IMG/VR virus record: IMGVR_UViG_3300020577_006835
Span: 4,588-68,587 of that record
DNA length: 64,000 nucleotides
Direction: 5' to 3' (one strand)
DNA from: a virus
Lineage: Duplodnaviria > Heunggongvirae > Uroviricota > Caudoviricetes
Part shown: positions 61,387 to 64,000 of the stretch, piece after piece
How positions within the stretch are numbered: the stretch's first letter is position 1
Layout: each line of letters starts with the position of its first letter
Notes under the pieces: model-generated
Told to the model about the DNA's origin: nothing
The model's input: only the letters and a program-made list of their open reading frames with translations
The model's database searches: none
Position numbers and translations under genes: made by a program

Positions 61387-61999
61387 CAACTCCCAGCTCC
61401 GACGCCGGGTCGAGCGCCTGGCAGCGAAGAGGGACATGCTACAGGCTCGCAGAGATGAGCTTGAGGGTGTGCTGGTCACGTCCAAGCTGGACCAGATCAG
61501 GTACGGCGAGGCGCAGCAGCTGATCATCAAGATCGGCCAGCTGTACCGGAAGCGGTCGGTCGAGAGTGTTCAGGAGAACGTCACCAAGGCTCTGCAGCTC
61601 GTGTTCGAGAGGCCCTACGAGTTCATCCTCAGGCAGGAGGTGAGACGCGGTCAGATCGAGGACGAGATGCTGGTCAAGGTGGGCTCGGCCGAAATGGACC
61701 CGGTCACCGAGATGGGCGGCGGCATCACGGACGTGATCTCCATCGTGTTGAGGCCGATCCTCTGGTCGAAGATGAAATCGAGGACCTCTCCGGTCATGGT
61801 TCTCGACGAGCCTGCACGACTTGTAAACTCCGACCTTTCTGTGCGAAACTTGTCACAGCTGCTGTGGCAGCTTGCTAAGGGTCTGTCCTTGCAGTTCATC
61901 GTGGTGACGAACAAGCCAGGACTCGCGCACAGTGTGGATCGCCTGTTCGAGGTCGTGAAGCGCAACGAAGTGAGCGAGGTCAATGGCACAGCTGGATGA
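61373..61999 (+). CDS. SbcC/Rad50 ATPase, C-terminal half
   Basis: Signature-like MGGG, Walker B VMVLDEP, QFIVVT. Confidence 0.85.
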   Translation: MPSPDNSQLRRRVERLAAKRDMLQARRDELEGVLVTSKLDQIRYGEAQQLIIKIGQLYRKRSVESVQENVTKALQLVFERPYEFILRQEVRRGQIEDEMLVKVGSAEMDPVTEMGGGITDVISIVLRPILWSKMKSRTSPVMVLDEPARLVNSDLSVRNLSQLLWQLAKGLSLQFIVVTNKPGLAHSVDRLFEVVKRNEVSEVNGTAG

Positions 62000-62900
62000 A
62001 ACCTTCGGGGAGGGAGCCAGGGAGAAGCTTCAGGCGTTGTTCGCTGAGCACGAGGTGCCCGACGAGGCACAGGCGGCTCTCGTCAACATCGCGCTCACCA
62101 CGAAGCCTCCCAAGAAGGACTTCTTCCAGGCGGTGACCGAAGTGCAGAAAGCACACAAGATCGACAACGTGTTCTACTTGCAGTTCGCGGACTTCGTGTC
62201 TGCGTTGGGAAAGAAAGGAACGAAGAAGGTGAGCACCGAAAAGAAGGCACGTGCACGCAAGGCAGCAGACGAACTGGCCGAGATGGAGCGCAAGGCAGAC
62301 GAACTGGCCGAGACGGCGCCGAGGTACTCGGTCACTCTTGGCCCTGAAGGGATCGTGGTCGCGATCCCTTGGGACGAGGTCCGCAAGCACCTGCAACGCT
62401 TCGGCGGCGGCGTCGGTGAGGGTGTCGGCTCGAAGGAGCCGGAGCCGCTGGTAGCCCTTTCCGAGCCCGAGAAGCCTGCCCTGACCCTGGTCGAGCCAGC
62501 CAGGTTGTCGACCGTGTCCGATGTGCCGTGGGACACCACGCCCACCAAGGCCGCTGCCGAGGCCGAGGCCCCGCTGCCACAGGCCAAGCCGGAGATGCTG
62601 GCCAGCCTGCCGACGCCGACCGGCAACCGTGAGCCGATGTCCCGGGCCGAGCTGGTCTCCTGGTACATCTCGGCCATCTGCGGCGGTGCCCGCTACGGTG
62701 GCGAGCCCACGCTCTGGGACAAGATCCTCTTCAACTCGGCCGGTGCCCGTCGCCGCATCACCGACATCGCCCAGCGCTCCGGGGCGACGGTCGAGCAGAC
62801 CCTGAAGTTCCTCCGCACCCAGTACGACCCCTCGATCGTCAACGTGACGGTCGACGACGAGTACGCCAAGGTGGAGCTTGGGGTAGACATCCAGGTCTAG
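61983..62900 (+). CDS. Hypothetical protein
   Basis: 305 aa with Pro/Ala/Glu-rich linker. Confidence 0.6.
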   Translation: MAQLDETFGEGAREKLQALFAEHEVPDEAQAALVNIALTTKPPKKDFFQAVTEVQKAHKIDNVFYLQFADFVSALGKKGTKKVSTEKKARARKAADELAEMERKADELAETAPRYSVTLGPEGIVVAIPWDEVRKHLQRFGGGVGEGVGSKEPEPLVALSEPEKPALTLVEPARLSTVSDVPWDTTPTKAAAEAEAPLPQAKPEMLASLPTPTGNREPMSRAELVSWYISAICGGARYGGEPTLWDKILFNSAGARRRITDIAQRSGATVEQTLKFLRTQYDPSIVNVTVDDEYAKVELGVDIQV

Positions 62901-63752
62901 GTGTCACTGCAACGCCAGCTCAGACGTAAGCGGAAGCCCTGGACCGACCGGGAGGTAGAGGAGCTGCGAAAGCTCCTCCCTCTCGGCCTCCAGGAGGCCT
63001 CCAGCAGGCTCGGACGCCCGTACCCTGGGGTAGCCCTCAAGGCGTCCAGGATGCCTCTGGAGGAGCGCCACGGAGGGGCCAAGAAGAAGCCCAAGCGTGG
63101 CACGGCTCCGAACAAGGCCCTGGTCGCCAAGCTGCTCAAGTCTGCCGGCCGAGGGGCCACGCTCAAGCAGGCCTGCCGCGAGCACAAGGTGCCGCCGGCC
63201 AAGGCCCTCAAGGCTCTCCACTTCTACGAGCCCGCCGTCCTGGCCGGGCTGCTCGTGAAGGAGAAGGGGCTCGCCTACCTGCTGTGCGGCGGGTGCGGGA
63301 CCTACTTCTACACCTACTCCAAGTCGACCACCTGCTCCTCAGCCTGCAAGTCCCGCCAGCAGAGGGACGCGGACTACTTCGACGGCCAGCGCCTGACCGC
63401 AGTCGGCCTGGTCGAGGGTGTGTGCCAGCTGTGCCTCAAGCACGTGAAGCGCGGGCTCTCGGCGCACCACATCATCGGCAAGGGCAACGACCCGAAGAAC
63501 GCGCTGATGGTGGCCCTCTGCGTCGGCTGCCACGACCTGGTCACGCAGCTCAGCATGCGTAACTTCGTCGACGATGCTGAAGGCTGGGAGCGCTTGATCT
63601 CGATGGTGATGGTGCGCAAGTTGGTGCGCATCCCGACCTTCAAGAAGGTCGCAACCATCAAAGCCTCGGTGGGGCTGCGGGAGCTGTCTTTCAGCCAGTA
63701 CTGCGCCGAGGATGGTATTGACCCACAGGATCTTGATATGGTGGTCGGGTAA
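62901..63752 (+). CDS. HTH plus Zn-finger plus HNH-like protein
   Basis: WTDREVEEL, CGGCG...CSSAC, CQLC...HHI......LC..CH. Confidence 0.7.
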   Translation: MSLQRQLRRKRKPWTDREVEELRKLLPLGLQEASSRLGRPYPGVALKASRMPLEERHGGAKKKPKRGTAPNKALVAKLLKSAGRGATLKQACREHKVPPAKALKALHFYEPAVLAGLLVKEKGLAYLLCGGCGTYFYTYSKSTTCSSACKSRQQRDADYFDGQRLTAVGLVEGVCQLCLKHVKRGLSAHHIIGKGNDPKNALMVALCVGCHDLVTQLSMRNFVDDAEGWERLISMVMVRKLVRIPTFKKVATIKASVGLRELSFSQYCAEDGIDPQDLDMVVG

Positions 63753-63784
63753 CAACCTCGCACAGTGGTGCGGAGAGGTGGGAG

Positions 63785-63919
63785 ATGAGGGTCGAGGAAG
63801 TCAAGGACGCCAAGGGCAACGTGTACGGGTACAAGTGCCCCGAGTGCAAGCAGATCCACCCGTACGAGTCGATTGCTGAGGAGTGCCTCGCGACACACGC
63901 GAAGGTTCTTCTGGATTGA
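63785..63919 (+). CDS. 44-aa Zn-finger-like peptide not in the ORF track
   Basis: GGAG SD; YKCPECKQIH...C..H. Confidence 0.55.
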   Translation: MRVEEVKDAKGNVYGYKCPECKQIHPYESIAEECLATHAKVLLD

Positions 63920-64000
63920 GGAAGGCACGCTGCGGTGGAGCTAGAAGCTGCCAGCCGCGCAACATTCAACGGTACTGAGGCCTTCGCCTCGTACCAGCGG

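Overview
This 64 kb, GC-rich window looks like part of a large lytic tailed phage genome: genes are dense and mostly on the + strand, and I see no integrase or rRNA. Regions in order: (1-20.3 kb) virion/tail-like genes interleaved with a methyltransferase, two GT2-type glycosyltransferases, a D-Ala-D-Ala-ligase-like ATP-grasp enzyme, signal-peptide Cys-rich proteins, a papain-like protease and a nucleotidyltransferase; (20.4-38.6 kb) small accessory genes behind repeated TTGACA-N18-(TGC)TAA promoters, 9 tRNA genes and several homing-type endonucleases; (39-48.3 kb) helicase, DnaB, primase and a UDG-PolA fusion; (48.4-51.4 kb) the standout locus; (51.4-64 kb) a phosphatase, a tRNA with a UCA anticodon, ssDNA-binding protein, 5'-3' exonuclease, RecA/UvsX, GroES and a split Rad50/Mre11. 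The standout locus has 20 stem-loop units in four blocks. Each unit carries two unique 9-nt spacers in fixed geometry (stem-CN-9nt-N-hairpin-CN-9nt-N-stem, core about 36 nt). The blocks flank a nuclease-less IS110/Nop-like RNA-binding protein and an uncharacterised gene, which resembles a TIGR-Tas-type RNA-guided system with a stem-loop array. Other notable items: a Tat-signal peptide fused to a T4 gp23-like capsid fragment, HNH genes overlapping tRNA genes, and two candidate structured RNAs. All family calls come from motif recognition; no database searches were run.
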